A DNA stretch of 63,708 nt, filler included, from Octopus bimaculoides (GCF_001194135.2; 7 parts of 6 records of this genome joined end to end with filler, not necessarily neighbours in it), one strand, 5' to 3'. Positions 51,745 to 63,640 are shown, counted from the first letter of the whole stretch. The notes: generated from the sequence alone by a model not told the origin. Made by a program: numbers and translations.

Positions 51745-52125
51745 GTAAGATCTGTTAGGAGGTTTCTGTGTGTGTGTATGGGGGTGGGGGCCTATGAAAG
51801 GGGATGTGTGGCATTCATCTTCACCCTTGCGTCTTGTTGGGAGTTCAGGAATTGGCCGAAGGGCCATTTGCCACGAGAGAGGTGGGTAAGAAGTATGGAC
51901 ACATACACACACACACACACACACACTCATTTGCATTCACATAAGCACATAAATGAATTTTGCTAGCATGGGTTGGACGATTTGACCGAGGACTGGCAAA
52001 CCAGATGGCTACATCAGACTCCATTTGCCCTTGCCAGCCGTTCCACCAATTCCTCCAACCCCAGCATCCCCATCAAGTAAGGACATGTGTTAATGTTTGT
52101 CTGTCTGTTTGTCTCTTTGTTTTAG

Positions 52126-52244
52126 GTCTGAGTGACCCGCCAGATATGAAGCCTGTTGCCACTTCTACCCAACCAAGTTCAAACCTTGACAACAGCAGTT
52201 CCTCCACCATTGACCAGTTGAGTGATATTTTTGGATCAGTCAAT
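52126..52244 (+). CDS. GGA: GGA adaptor hinge exon 2
   Basis: ttttag| acceptor, |gtaagt donor; phase 1 in and phase 0 out; GLSDPPDMKP...DQLSDIFGSVN. Confidence 0.75.
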
Positions 52245-52279
52245 GTAAGTAAGCACGTTATGGAATTTTTATTGTTTAA

Positions 52280-52503
52280 CCCCTTTTGTTACCATATTTC
52301 TGTTGAGATGCTCTGTGTTTCTTTCAATTAATTTTAAATATAACCAAGAATTTAGTAAAATAACTTAGTTATCATTAAGCTAGTGTTAAGAACTTAAATT
52401 GTGACTAAGCTTTGGTGAAAGATTTTAATTCAGAACTTAAGAAAACAAGACATTTGTACTTACAGAACCAGAGGTGGTTTCAACCGGGTCGGCATCCAAA
52501 GGG
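52280..52503. mobile_element. piggyBac-like MITE, copy 1
   Basis: TTAA|CCCCTTT ... AAAGGG|TTAA termini. Confidence 0.65.
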
Positions 52504-52534
52504 TTAAGAATTGTTTCTCTATTATATATTTTAA

Positions 52535-52755
52535 CCCTTTTGTTACCATATTTCTATTGAGATGCTCTGTGTTTCTTTCAATTACTTTAAATATAACAAA
52601 GAATTTAGTAAAATAACTTCGTTATCATTAAGCTAGTGTTAGGAACATAAATTGTGACTAAGGTTTGGTGGAAGATTTTAATTCAAAACTAATGAAAGCA
52701 AGACATTTGTACTACAGAGCCAGGGATGGTTTCAGCTGGGTTCGTATCGAAAGGG
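52535..52755. mobile_element. piggyBac-like MITE, copy 2 (tandem)
   Basis: TTAA|CCCTTT ... AAAGGG|TTCA; closely similar to copy 1. Confidence 0.65.
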
Positions 52756-52873
52756 TTCATTGTTTTGTTAATTGTTTTTTGTTGCTTATTGTATACATGG
52801 TGTTGTTCGGCCCTTGTGGCCAATAAAAGAAAGTATCATTGTTTTATTTTCGTTGTTTCTTTTGTGTGCCAAG

Positions 52874-53072
52874 GTGGAACCTTCAGACAAACTCAGCAAT
52901 GTGATAACAGCCAGCAGCACGACAGACGCCACTCCTTCACCAATCCATTCAGTATTCAACATGGGGGCCACAAACACATCCCTGAACAGCGGCATGGCAC
53001 AGGCTCCTGTATTCCCCAACTTCACTGCGACGTCACAGACGCCGTCCCTGGCCTCAGGGTCTTTTGTTTCCG
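52874..53072 (+). CDS. GGA: GGA adaptor hinge exon 3
   Basis: ccaag| acceptor in phase 0 matching exon 2; G|gtaagg donor; open S/T/P-rich peptide VEPSDKLS...GSFVS. Confidence 0.65.
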
Positions 53073-53147
53073 GTAAGGGCATCCCTGCCTTTCTCCTCCT
53101 CTTCCTCTTTCCTTTTCTTCTTCTTGTTGTTGTTCTTTATCATTATT

Positions 53148-53363
53148 CTTTTACTCTTTTACTTGTTTCAGTCTTTTGAATGCGGCCATGCTGGAGCACC
53201 GCCTTTTAGTCGAGCAAATCGACCCCAGGACTTATACTTTGGAAGCCTAGTGCTTATTCTATCGGTCTCTCTTTTGCCGAACCGCTAAGTTACGGGGACA
53301 TAAACACACCAGCATCGGTTGTCAAGCGATGATGGGAGGACAAACACAGACACACAAACATAT

Positions 53364-53396
<33 letters not shown>

Positions 53397-53568
53397 CGTA
53401 TATACGACGGGCTTCTTTCAGTTTCCGTCTACCAAATCCACTCACAAGGCTTTGGTCGGCCCGAAGCTATGGTAGAAGACACTTGCCCAAGGTGCCACGC
53501 AGTGGGACTGAACCCAGAACCATGTGGTTGGTAAGCAAGCTACTTACCACACAGCCACTCCTACGCCT
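53148..53568 (-). mobile_element. Complete SINE family A with internal (CA)/(TA) tract
   Basis: Reverse complement of 62547-63340. Confidence 0.9.
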
Positions 53569-53721
53569 ACCATTGTCAACCTCTTTCTTTTTTCCTTCTG
53601 TTCCTCTTCATTCTTTCATTCATCGTCTTTTTCATTATTCTTCATTAAATCATTCTTCTTTGTTTCATTCATTTTTTTTCTTCTTCCTTCAATCTCTCTC
53701 CCTCCCTCCTCCTTTCCAAAA

Positions 53722-53823
53722 TAACGATTTGTCCAAACTAACAATTTGTCCAAACTAACGATTTGTCCAAACTAACGATTTGTCCAAACTAACAATTTGT
53801 CCAAACTAACGATTTGTCCAAAA
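53722..53823. repeat. 17-bp minisatellite TAAC(G/A)ATTTGTCCAAAC x6
   Basis: Directly visible; variant order G,A,G,G,A,G. Confidence 0.95.
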
Positions 53824-54064
53824 TAATGATTGTAAATTGATTCAAGCCATGTAAAAAAAAAACACAGAAAAAAAAATCAGATAATAAATGAAATGAGCGA
53901 ATCGGACTCAGGTAATCCGTCTCATTCTCTCACCTTCTCGTTGCAGCACCACTGAAGAACAAACNNNNNNNNNNNNNNNNNNNNNNNNNNNNNNNNNNNN
54001 NNNNNNNNTTAATTAATTAANNNNNNNNNNNNNNNNNNNNNNNNNNNNNNNNNNNNNNNNNNNN

Positions 54065-54600
54065 CCCACCCACTCACATGCAATCACACACACATACGCA
54101 TGTGTACATACACATGCACACACTCACACATACACACACACACTCACACATACACACGTACATACATACATGTACGCATGAACACACATACACATGCAGA
54201 TGCACACACATTCACATGCAATCACACACATACATGCACACACACATACGCGCAAACGCACATGCATGCACACCCACATACACACACACTCACACGCTCG
54301 CACACACTCACACACACATATGCATGCACACACACACACACCCACATGCAATCACACACACACACATACGAATGCTTACACACACATGCACACACACAAG
54401 CACACACTCACACATACACAATATCACACATACACAATATCACACGCATGCATACACATACATACATATACACATGAACACACACACACATGCAGATGCA
54501 CACACATTCACACGCAATCACACACATACATGCATGCGCGCGCACACACACACATGCAGACACACGTGCACTCACACACACTCACACACACACACACACG
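54065..54600. repeat. Degenerate (CA)-rich array
   Basis: Directly visible. Confidence 0.9.
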
Positions 54601-54839
54601 CCACTTGCAAATAAGCCAAAGCAGCCTTCAGGAACGTTCACCGAAGAACACGGTGGCAGCAGTTCCCAGAACCAGAAGACAAACTCACCATTCCAGAGAG
54701 CAGAGAGGTCAATGTTCCATCCATGAGGTTTCTGCGATTGCTTGTTATTATTATCGGTGATTGTTTATGAAGGTGATCACTTCTAGTCTTTGGCTTATCT
54801 ATCACTTTGGACAGATTCTCATTAAGCTCAGCTGACATA

Positions 54840-54923
54840 TCAACATTGTCAACAAGACAACATTCATCATTGTAATTTTACATGACAGCCATGATGAGAA
54901 TCTGGTGAGATTGCATGCAAGAT

Positions 54924-54972
<49 letters not shown>

Positions 54973-56175
54973 CCATCGTCATCATCATCATCAGAATTAT
55001 CATGATCGTGATCATCATCATCATCATCATCATCTTCATTGTCATCGCTGTTACCATCATCATCGTCATCAACATCATCGTCAGCACCTTCATTGTCTTC
55101 GTCATCATGAATATTGGCGGCAGCGGCAGCAGCAACACCAACATCATCATCATCATCATCATCATCATCAACAATCTTCTTCATCGTCGACGTTGTCATC
55201 ATCAGCATCATCATCATCAGCAGCAGCAACAACAGTGTTATTGTTGTCATCACCGTCGTCACAATCTTCATCATCATCTTCATGACCATCAGCATTATCA
55301 TCATCATTATCATCATCATCATTATCATCTTTGTTGCCAGCATCATCAACGATATTGTCATCACACATCATCTTTATCAGCAGCAGCAGCAGCAACATAA
55401 TCATCAACAATCACCNNNNNNNNNNNNNNNNNNNNNNNNNNNNNNNNNNNNNNNNNNNNNNNNNNNNNNNNNNNNNNNNNNNNNNNNNNNNNNNNNNNNN
55501 NNNNNNNNNNNNNNNNNNNNNNNNNNNNNNNNNNNNNNNNNNNNNNNNNNNNNNNNNNNNNNNNNNNNNNNNNNNNNNNNNNNNNNNNNNNNNNNNNNNN
55601 NNNNNNNNNNNNNNNNNNNNNNNNNNNNNNNNNNNNNNNNNNNNNNNNNNNNNNNNNNNNNNNNNNNNNNNNNNNNNNNNNNNNNNNNNNNNNNNNNNNN
55701 NNNNNNNNNNNNNNNNNNNNNNNNNNNNNNNNNNNNNNNNNNNNNNNNNNNNNNNNNNNNNNNNNNNNNNNNNNNNNNNNNNNNNNNNNNNNNNNNNNNN
55801 NNNNNNNNNNNNNNNNNNNNNNNNNNNNNNNNNNNNNNNNNNNNNNNNNNNNNNNNNNNNNNNNNNNNNNNNNNNNNNNNNNNNNNNNNNNNNNNNNNNN
55901 NNNNNNNNNNNNNNNNNNNNNNNNNNNNNNNNNNNNNNNNNNNNNNNNNNNNNNNNNNNNNNNNNNNNNNNNNNNNNNNNNNNNNNNNNNNNNNNNNNNN
56001 NNNNNNNNNNNNNNNNNNNNNNNNNNNNCAGAATCATCATCATTACCATGATCACCAACCTCCTCCTCATCATCATCACCATCATCATCATCACTATCAT
56101 CATGTTAATTATCATCATCCTCATCATTATCATTTTCACCATTACTTTCACCACCACCACCACCACCAACACCAT

Positions 56176-56213
<38 letters not shown>

Positions 56214-56430
56214 CCATCATTGTGCTTATCATTATGTTAATTATCATCATCGCCATTACTATCACCACCACCTTCACCACGACCATCACCATCACCGTCA
56301 TTGTCATCATCACTATTTTCATCATCATCATGCTCATCATCATGTTAGTTATCATCGTCATCATCATCAACATTAACATCACCACCACCACCATCGTCAT
56401 CATCATCATCACCATCATCACCATCGTTGT
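54840..56430. repeat. Long degenerate (CAT)n array, interrupted by a gap
   Basis: Directly visible; source of the poly-H/I/S and poly-M/D ORFs. Confidence 0.95.
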
Positions 56431-56458
56431 TTTAACATGAAATTATCTCTATTAAAGT

Positions 56459-56813
56459 GGAGGCGCAATGGCTCAGTGGTTAGGGCAGCGGACTCGCGGT
56501 CATAGGATCGTGGTTTCAATTCCCAGACCGGGCGTTGTGAGTGTTTATGGAGCGAAAACACCTAAAAGCTCCACAAGGCTCCGGCAGGGGATGGTGGCGA
56601 ACCCTGCTGTACTCTTCCACCACAACTTTCTTGCACTCTTACTTCCTGTTTCTGTTGTGCCTGTAATTCAAAGGGTCAGCCTTGTCACACTGTGTCACGC
56701 TGAATATTCCTGAGAACTACGCTAAGGGTACACGTGTCTGGGGAGTCCTCAGCCACTTGCACGTTAATTTCATGAGTAGGCTGTTCCGTTGATCGGATCA
56801 ACTGGAACTCTCG
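56459..56813 (+). mobile_element. tRNA(Arg)-like SINE family D
   Basis: A box TGGCTCAGTGG at 56469-56479, B-box-like GGTTTCAATTCC at 56512-56523, GACTCGCGGTC anticodon-arm-like segment; inverted copy at 61616-61936. Confidence 0.85.
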
Positions 56814-57637
56814 NNNNNNNNNNNNNNNNNNNNNNNNNNNNNNNNNNNNNNNNNNNNNNNNNNNNNNNNNNNNNNNNNNNNNNNNNNNNNNNNNNNNNNN
56901 NNNNNNNNNNNNNNNNNNNNNNNNNNNNNNNNNNNNNNNNNNNNNNNNNNNNNNNNNNNNNNNNNNNNNNNNNNNNNNNNNNNNNNNNNNNNNNNNNNNN
57001 NNNNNNNNNNNNNNNNNNNNNNNNNNNNNNNNNNNNNNNNNNNNNNNNNNNNNNNNNNNNNNNNNNNNNNNNNNNNNNNNNNNNNNNNNNNNNNNNNNNN
57101 NNNNNNNNNNNNNNNNNNNNNNNNNNNNNNNNNNNNNNNNNNNNNNNNNNNNNNNNNNNNNNNNNNNNNNNNNNNNNNNNNNNNNNNNNNNNNNNNNNNN
57201 NNNNNNNNNNNNNNNNNNNNNNNNNNNNNNNNNNNNNNNNNNNNNNNNNNNNNNNNNNNNNNNNNNNNNNNNNNNNNNNNNNNNNNNNNNNNNNNNNNNN
57301 NNNNNNNNNNNNNNNNNNNNNNNNNNNNNNNNNNNNNNNNNNNNNNNNNNNNNNNNNNNNNNNNNNNNNNNNNNNNNNNNNNNNNNNNNNNNNNNNNNNN
57401 NNNNNNNNNNNNNNNNNNNNNNNNNNNNNNNNNNNNNNNNNNNNNNNNNNNNNNNNNNNNNNNNNNNNNNNNNNNNNNNNNNNNNNNNNNNNNNNNNNNN
57501 NNNNNNNNNNNNNNNNNNNNNNNNNNNNNNNNNNNNNNNNNNNNNNNNNNNNNNNNNNNNNNNNNNNNNNNNNNNNNNNNNNNNNNNNNNNNNNNNNNNN
57601 NNNNNNNNNNNNNNNNNNNNNNNNNNNNNNNNNNNNN

Positions 57638-57791
57638 TCTTTCAGTTTCCGTCCACCAAATCCACTCACAAGGCTTTGGTCAACCCCAGGCCATAGTAGA
57701 AGACACTTGCCCAAGGTACCACGCAATGGGACTGAACCCGGAACCATGTGGTTGGTAAGGAAGCTACTTACCACACAGCCACTCCTGCGCC
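57638..57791 (-). mobile_element. SINE family A, 5' part
   Basis: Reverse complement of the family A head. Confidence 0.85.
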
Positions 57792-58625
57792 TGATAAAAA
57801 CAACAAGTATATATTTCATCTACATTTGAAGTATGAAAGCCAAGGTCAAACTTCAACAGGATTTGATCTCAGAGTGTAAAGGTTCAGAAATATATATCAT
57901 AAGGTATTTTAATCATTGCTCCACTGATTCTGTCACTTTACTAATCTTCAGCTCCGGATAAAATATTACCAAACTGATTAATAACCTTTAAAATTTTCAT
58001 GTATATGAAAAAAAAAATTATTATATTAACTGAAGATTCTTTATATTTTGAAGAATATTTCTTTTTTTATTTTGTGGAGCCTTATGCTCTCTTTCATCAT
58101 GATTTCATGAATCCATTTATTTTTAACAGAGGCAAGTAAAAACCATGCAACAATTTTATTCACTAAAATATAAAACTCCAAGGCAGAAGGTATTTATAAA
58201 AAGTGTGTATACGTGTGCAAGCATGTGAATGTGTATGCTTGTGTGTGTATGTGTGTGTGTGCGTGTTCTCATTCAGAAAACTGAAAATGGAGATGAAAAA
58301 AAATGAATAAAATGGAGAAAACATTTATTGAAATGTATTTATTTTAGAATAAAAATTTCAAATAAAAACCTATCTGGTTTGGTTGACTATGATAAAAATG
58401 ACATCCAGCATATTATGAGTTCATCCATGAAAAATGTATTTCAGTTCCCCTTCCTCCTCCTACCTCTTTCTGACTTCTTTTTCTTTCTGCCTTCTTTTTT
58501 CTTCCTCTTCTTCTTTTACTTCTTTCTTTGTGTCTTCTTCTTCTTCTTTCTGTTTTCGCTCCTCCACCTCCTCCACCTCCTCCTCCATCATCATCATCAT
58601 CATCCTTATTCTCACCACCATTACC

Positions 58626-58735
58626 TTCTTCTTCTTCTTCTTCTTCTTCTTCTTCTTCTTCTTCTTCTTCTTCTTCTTCTTCTTCTTCTTCTTCTTCTTC
58701 TTCTTCTTCTTCTTCTTCTTTCTTTCTTTCTTTCT
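58626..58735. repeat. (TTC)n microsatellite
   Basis: Directly visible. Confidence 0.95.
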
Positions 58736-59167
58736 TTCTGTTTTCGCTTCTCCTCCTCCTCCATCATTACCCCCACTATCATCATCATCATCATCCTCAT
58801 TCTCACCACTGCTAAGATAATTCCTGCTTCTTTGCTTTCCCATAAATTAGAATCCTCAGAACAGTTTTAGACAATAACATTTCTACACCTTCACATGACA
58901 CTGATGTGGTTGTGTGGTAAGAAATTCACTTCTCAACATAATGGTCCCATGTTCAATTCCACTGCATGACAACTTGGGCATATTTGTTAACAGTTATTTA
59001 TAATACTTTTCTCACTGTATTGCATGTTCGTTTCTCTTTTTTACATCTGTCATTTTATTTTTTATCGTCTATGTAAATGAAGATATTTCCTCCTCCTGGC
59101 TGCTTTTCTTTCTACAAAACCAGAAGTTACATTGTGAAACTGTTATTTTAACAAGTTGCATTCATTT

Positions 59168-59273
59168 ATCACCCGATGAGATACATCTGCACTGCCGGAT
59201 GCTCCTGAACCAGTTCTTGAGTGTCCCACCTAAGAGGAATTGATGCTAGATGTGTCGAAAGAATTGTCGTGAT
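59168..59273 (+). ncRNA. Decayed type I hammerhead ribozyme motif
   Basis: ATCAC-CCGATGA-GATACATCT..AGATGTGTC-GAAAG-AATT-GTC-GTGAT; stems I and II pair; two substitutions (U4C and C15.2G). Confidence 0.7.
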
Positions 59274-59335
59274 TAATAGTAAATTCTCATATATTCCATC
59301 TTCCATCTTTCATTTGCCGTATACATAATGATCAC

Positions 59336-59391
59336 TGTGCGTTTCATTTCTGTATATTTTGGATGGAAAATATATAGAAATGAAACGCACA
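59336..59391. other. 25-bp stem-loop
   Basis: 59336-59360 pairs with 59367-59391 (one G-U on the + strand); loop GGATGG. Confidence 0.85.
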
Positions 59392-59817
59392 CACTCAGCA
59401 AAATTTCTCTTAAAAAACTCTTACAACTTTCTAAATACGGCAGATAGCATTGATGCTGCGAACCGCGTATGTAATAGAATGCCTGTGTATACATGTGAGT
59501 AAGGGAATATCTGAGTATGGTTATGCACATGGACTCCCATATATATGTATTGGAGTGTCTATAGCTATTTGTACTGTTTGTAGGCTTTTTGTGTGCCTTG
59601 TATTTTTATGTTTTTTATATATTTTTATATTCCCTATATGTTATATTTTCATTTTTCATTTATGTATTTTTTGTTATTATTTTTTTCTTGCTGTACCCTT
59701 ATTTTTATTTTTATTTTAATTTTAATTTTTATTTTATTTTTGCTTTTGTTTTTGTTCTTGTTTCTATTTCACCTTTGTTTCTACCTCTTACTCTATATTT
59801 GTATGAAATTCTTTGTG

Positions 59818-59946
59818 AATCTCTGAAGAGGCCTAGCGAGTCGTGCATGTACCCCCATTTCAACATTTCATCTGATAATCACTTCGGCAAGAACTATTCG
59901 GATAGAATGGGGCATGGCAAAGCTAGGCCGAAACAGCTGTAAGATT
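59818..59946 (+). ncRNA. Intact type I hammerhead ribozyme with extended stem II
   Basis: AATCT-CTGAAGA-GGCCTAGC-(84 nt)-GCTAGGCC-GAAAC-AGCT-GTA-AGATT; all core positions canonical. Confidence 0.88.
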
Positions 59947-60017
59947 AAACTTTTGTTCATTCTCTAATTCCTTATGTACTTTGTACTCTTATCTGTAAAC
60001 CCGGTTGNNNNNNNNNN

Positions 60018-60293
60018 TTCTTTAAGCCTGGTACTTAGTCTATCAGCCTCTTTTGCCGAACCGCTAAGTTACAGGGACATAAACACACCAACACTGGTTG
60101 TCAAGTTGTGATGGAAGAATAAACACAGCCACACACACACATGCATATATGTATACGACAGGCTTCTTTCAGTTTCCATCTACCAAATCCACTCACAAGG
60201 CTTTTGTTAGCCCAAGGTTCCATGCAGTGGGACTGAATTCGGAACCATGTGGTTAGGAAGCAAGCTTCTTACCACACAGCCATGCTTGCACCT
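60018..60293 (-). mobile_element. SINE family A, internally deleted
   Basis: Matches 53230-53568. Confidence 0.8.
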
Positions 60294-61180
60294 ATTATGT
60301 ATGTATAATATATANNNNNNNNNNNNNNNNNNNNNNNNNNNNNNNNNNNNNNNNNNNNTTAATTAATTAANNNNNNNNNNNNNNNNNNNNNNNNNNNNNN
60401 NNNNNNNNNNNNNNGAAGTGTGTATGTCTTGAACGCTGTGAAGCACGTACAGGAGGGGCAAAGAAGTACGTGCGAGCTTGGTGATTCCAAGAACGAAAAG
60501 AAATAGCAGCCGGACACACGTGACCAAGGCTGTGTGAAGAGAAAGAGTAGCAGAGGGAAAAGGAGGGGAGGAAGTAGAATAAAAGTGAGCAACGAGAGGT
60601 AGAGAGAGAGAGAGATAGTAGTAGTAACGGTGAGAGGCGAAGGACGAGTAACAAGAGATAGATAGAGAGAGAGAGAGAAGTAGTGACAGGTAGAGGCGAA
60701 GAACAGTAGAGGGAAGAATGAGAGGGGAAGATGGAAATAGGGAGAGTTGCGTTAGAAAAATAGTTAAAACTTACTGTATAAAGGTAACATCCAGCGTATT
60801 GAGCAGTGCTAGGTAATGTTTGCACTGTGTCAAGTACATTATTGATATATTCTACTTCTGTTGGATTACGATATATATAATAACGATCAGCTCTGGATTA
60901 ACCATTAAGCTAAATAAGCACGTGTTTGTGGTATCAAGGCAAGTGGGGCACCACAGAAATGGTAAATGGCTTACGGCACGAGAGATATCACTTTAAACTT
61001 GCTAAAATAATATTCGAAGTGGTTTATATAATCGGAAATACATTTTCGAAATGTTCATGGTGTCATAGTGAGGATCTGATCAAAGACTTTGTAATTAAAA
61101 AAAGGTAGAAAACATTTTAAATGTAAATAATGAGGAAGTATATAAGAATTAACTTTATTTTCCATCTTAAATAATAAATA

Positions 61181-61414
61181 AATGCGCCCTTTTTAAAGCC
61201 TAGCCACGCTCATGGGCCTGGTTTCCCGATTTCAATGGCGTATGTGTTCCCCAGCTGGACGGGACGCCAGTCCATCGCAGCGTTACTCATTTTTGCCAGC
61301 AACGTGAAATGAAGTGTTTTGCTCAAGAACACAACGCGTCGCCCGGTCCAGGAATCGAAACCACAATCTTACGATCATGGTGCTGACACCCTAACCATTA
61401 GGCCCCGCGCCTCC
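61181..61414 (-). mobile_element. tRNA-derived SINE with a V-domain-like segment
   Basis: Minus strand: ggaggcgcggggcctaatggttaggg..ggtttcgattcc..ctgcgatggactggcgtcccgtccag; domain name is from recall. Confidence 0.7.
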
Positions 61415-61615
61415 AATTTTCCATCTTACTTTTAGTTTTATTTGATTTTGCAAGATAGAAATTTATTTTATAGCTTATTATTGTTTATATATTTTGAATT
61501 TCATATACATGGGAGGCCCCAAAGTCTTTTAAGTGCTTAGGGCCTCTATGAATTTTAATCTGGTCGTGCTGTTCCTTTGGATCCTTGGGGGACANNNNNN
61601 NNNNNNNNNNNNNNN

Positions 61616-61936
61616 CCTGCTCGTGAAATTAATGTGCAAGTGGCTGAGCACTCCACAGACACGTGTGCCCTTAACGTAGTTCTCGGGGATATTCAGCGTG
61701 ACATAGTGTGACAAGGTTGGCCCTTTGAATTACAGGTACAACAGAAACAGGAAGTAAGAATGAGAGAAAGTTGTGGTGAAAGAGTACAGCAGGGTTCACC
61801 ACCATCCCCTGCCGGAGCCTCGTGGAGGTTTTAGGTGTTTTGGCTCAATAAGCACTCACAACGCCTGGTCTGGGAATCGAAACCGCGATCCTATGACCGC
61901 GAGTCCGCTGCCCTAACCACTGGGCCATTGCACCTC
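61616..61936 (-). mobile_element. SINE family D
   Basis: Reverse complement of 56459-56790. Confidence 0.85.
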
Positions 61937-61994
61937 AACTGGGTTCTATTGTAAAAACACCCGAAAGAGCGGATGGTAAAGTTGAAAGATTAAT

Positions 61995-62180
61995 ATGTAC
62001 GGAGTGCAGGGTGCGGAGTGCAGCTAAGAAATACACTAAGTACAACTCCAAGACCGAGCTGGTGGCCAAGACCAAAGAGGCGTTTGAAGATCTTCCTCAG
62101 GGCACAGTGGGAAACGCATGCGCCAAGTTCCGAATCCGTTTTGAGGCCGTGATGGAAGCTGAGATGGGATAATTTGAGCA
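61995..62180 (+). mobile_element. maT transposase C-terminal fragment
   Basis: NSKTELVAKTKEAFEDLPQGTVGNACAKFRIRFEAVMEAE. Confidence 0.65.
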
Positions 62181-62546
62181 AATTGTTATCTCCTAAGCAT
62201 TATCTACTTCAGTGGTTTTCACCAGTAGAACTGGGATCCACATGGCCCTTGAGGGTTCCTATAACATTTTGCTGTTAAAATTTATCTGCAATACATGGCT
62301 GATAATTCTAGAATATACAAAATATTTAAAGAATTTTTAAAAATACATTTCCTAATAAAATTTAATTATGAAATTACTGTAGGGTCTTTTTTATAAACAT
62401 CGAATGGCTAGTTGGGTCCATCCGAGTAAATAGGAATAAAATGAGTCGATGGGTTAAAAATGGCTGAGAAATACTGTTAATGATTAAATCTTCCGAATCA
62501 GATGTTTTCTGATGTAAACTTTAATATGAAACATTGTTGCATTATA

Positions 62547-62708
62547 GGCGTAGGAGTGGTTGTGTGGTAAGTAGCTTGCTTACCAACCACATGGTTCTGG
62601 GTTCAGTCCCACTGCGTGGCACCTTGGGCAAGTGTCTTCTACTATAGCCTCGGGCCGACCAAAGCCTTGTGAGTGGATTTAATAGACGGAAACTGAAAGA
62701 AGCCCGTC

Positions 62709-62748
<40 letters not shown>

Positions 62749-63053
62749 NNNNNNNNNNNNNNNNNNNNNNNNNNNNNNNNNNNNNNNNNNNNNNNNNNNN
62801 NNNNNNNNNNNNNNNNNNNNNNNNNNNNNNNNNNNNNNNNNNNNNNNNNNNNNNNNNNNNNNNNNNNNNNNNNNNNNNNNNNNNNNNNNNNNNNNNNNNN
62901 NNNNNNNNNNNNNNNNNNNNNNNNNNNNNNNNNNNNNNNNNNNNNNNNNNNNNNNNNNNNNNNNNNNNNNNNNNNNNNNNNNNNNNNNNNNNNNNNNNNN
63001 NNNNNNNNNNNNNNNNNNNNNNNNNNNNNNNNNNNNNNNNNNNNNNNNNNNNN

Positions 63054-63106
<53 letters not shown>

Positions 63107-63340
63107 GTGTGTGTGTGTGTGTATATGTTTGTGTGTCTGTGTTTGTCCCCCCAACATCGCTTGACAACCGATGCTGGTGTGTTTACGTCCCCGTAACTTA
63201 GCGGTTCGGCAAAAGAGACCGATAGAATAAGTACTAGGCTTACAAAGAATAAGTCCTGAGGTTGATTTGCTCGACTAAAGGCGGTGCTCCAGCATGGCCA
63301 CAGTCAAATGACTGAAACAAATAAAAGAGTAAAAGAGTAA
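62547..63340 (+). mobile_element. Complete SINE family A with internal (TA)/(TG) tract and gap
   Basis: Head ggcgtaggagtggttgtgtgg to tail taaaagagtaaaagag. Confidence 0.9.
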
Positions 63341-63639
63341 AATACTGTTGAAGTTGATATTGAAAAAAGAAATTTAAATACTGTTCTTTTTGGATCGGGT
63401 GTTGTTTTTTCTTTTCTTTTTAAGAAAACTGCCAAATTTAGCCTGAACACTGCACTTCACAATCCAGTAAACTCTTGGACAATACATAGAAGGTACCTCT
63501 ACGTGGTTGTAAGAAACACAAGCAAGATCGCCCTCAAATTATACCCTGAAATCTTCAAAATAATGTCCTGGAAATGTGGGGAGGAGGGGAAATATAGGTT
63601 TCAGTATGCATAAGGTATGTGTGTGTGTGTGTGTGTGAA

Positions 63640-63640
63640 G

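Noticed and set aside
52786-53082. 98-aa minus ORF
   Set aside because: Antisense shadow of GGA exon 3
53722-53823. CRISPR-like array
   Set aside because: Contiguous tandem units without spacers, in a eukaryotic context
54638-54838. Possible minus-strand mini-exon ending G|gtgagt
   Set aside because: Weak acceptor and no recognisable peptide
62210-62476. hAT-like MITE (CAGTGG...CTG ends)
   Set aside because: Terminal repeats match poorly and there is no 8-bp target duplication
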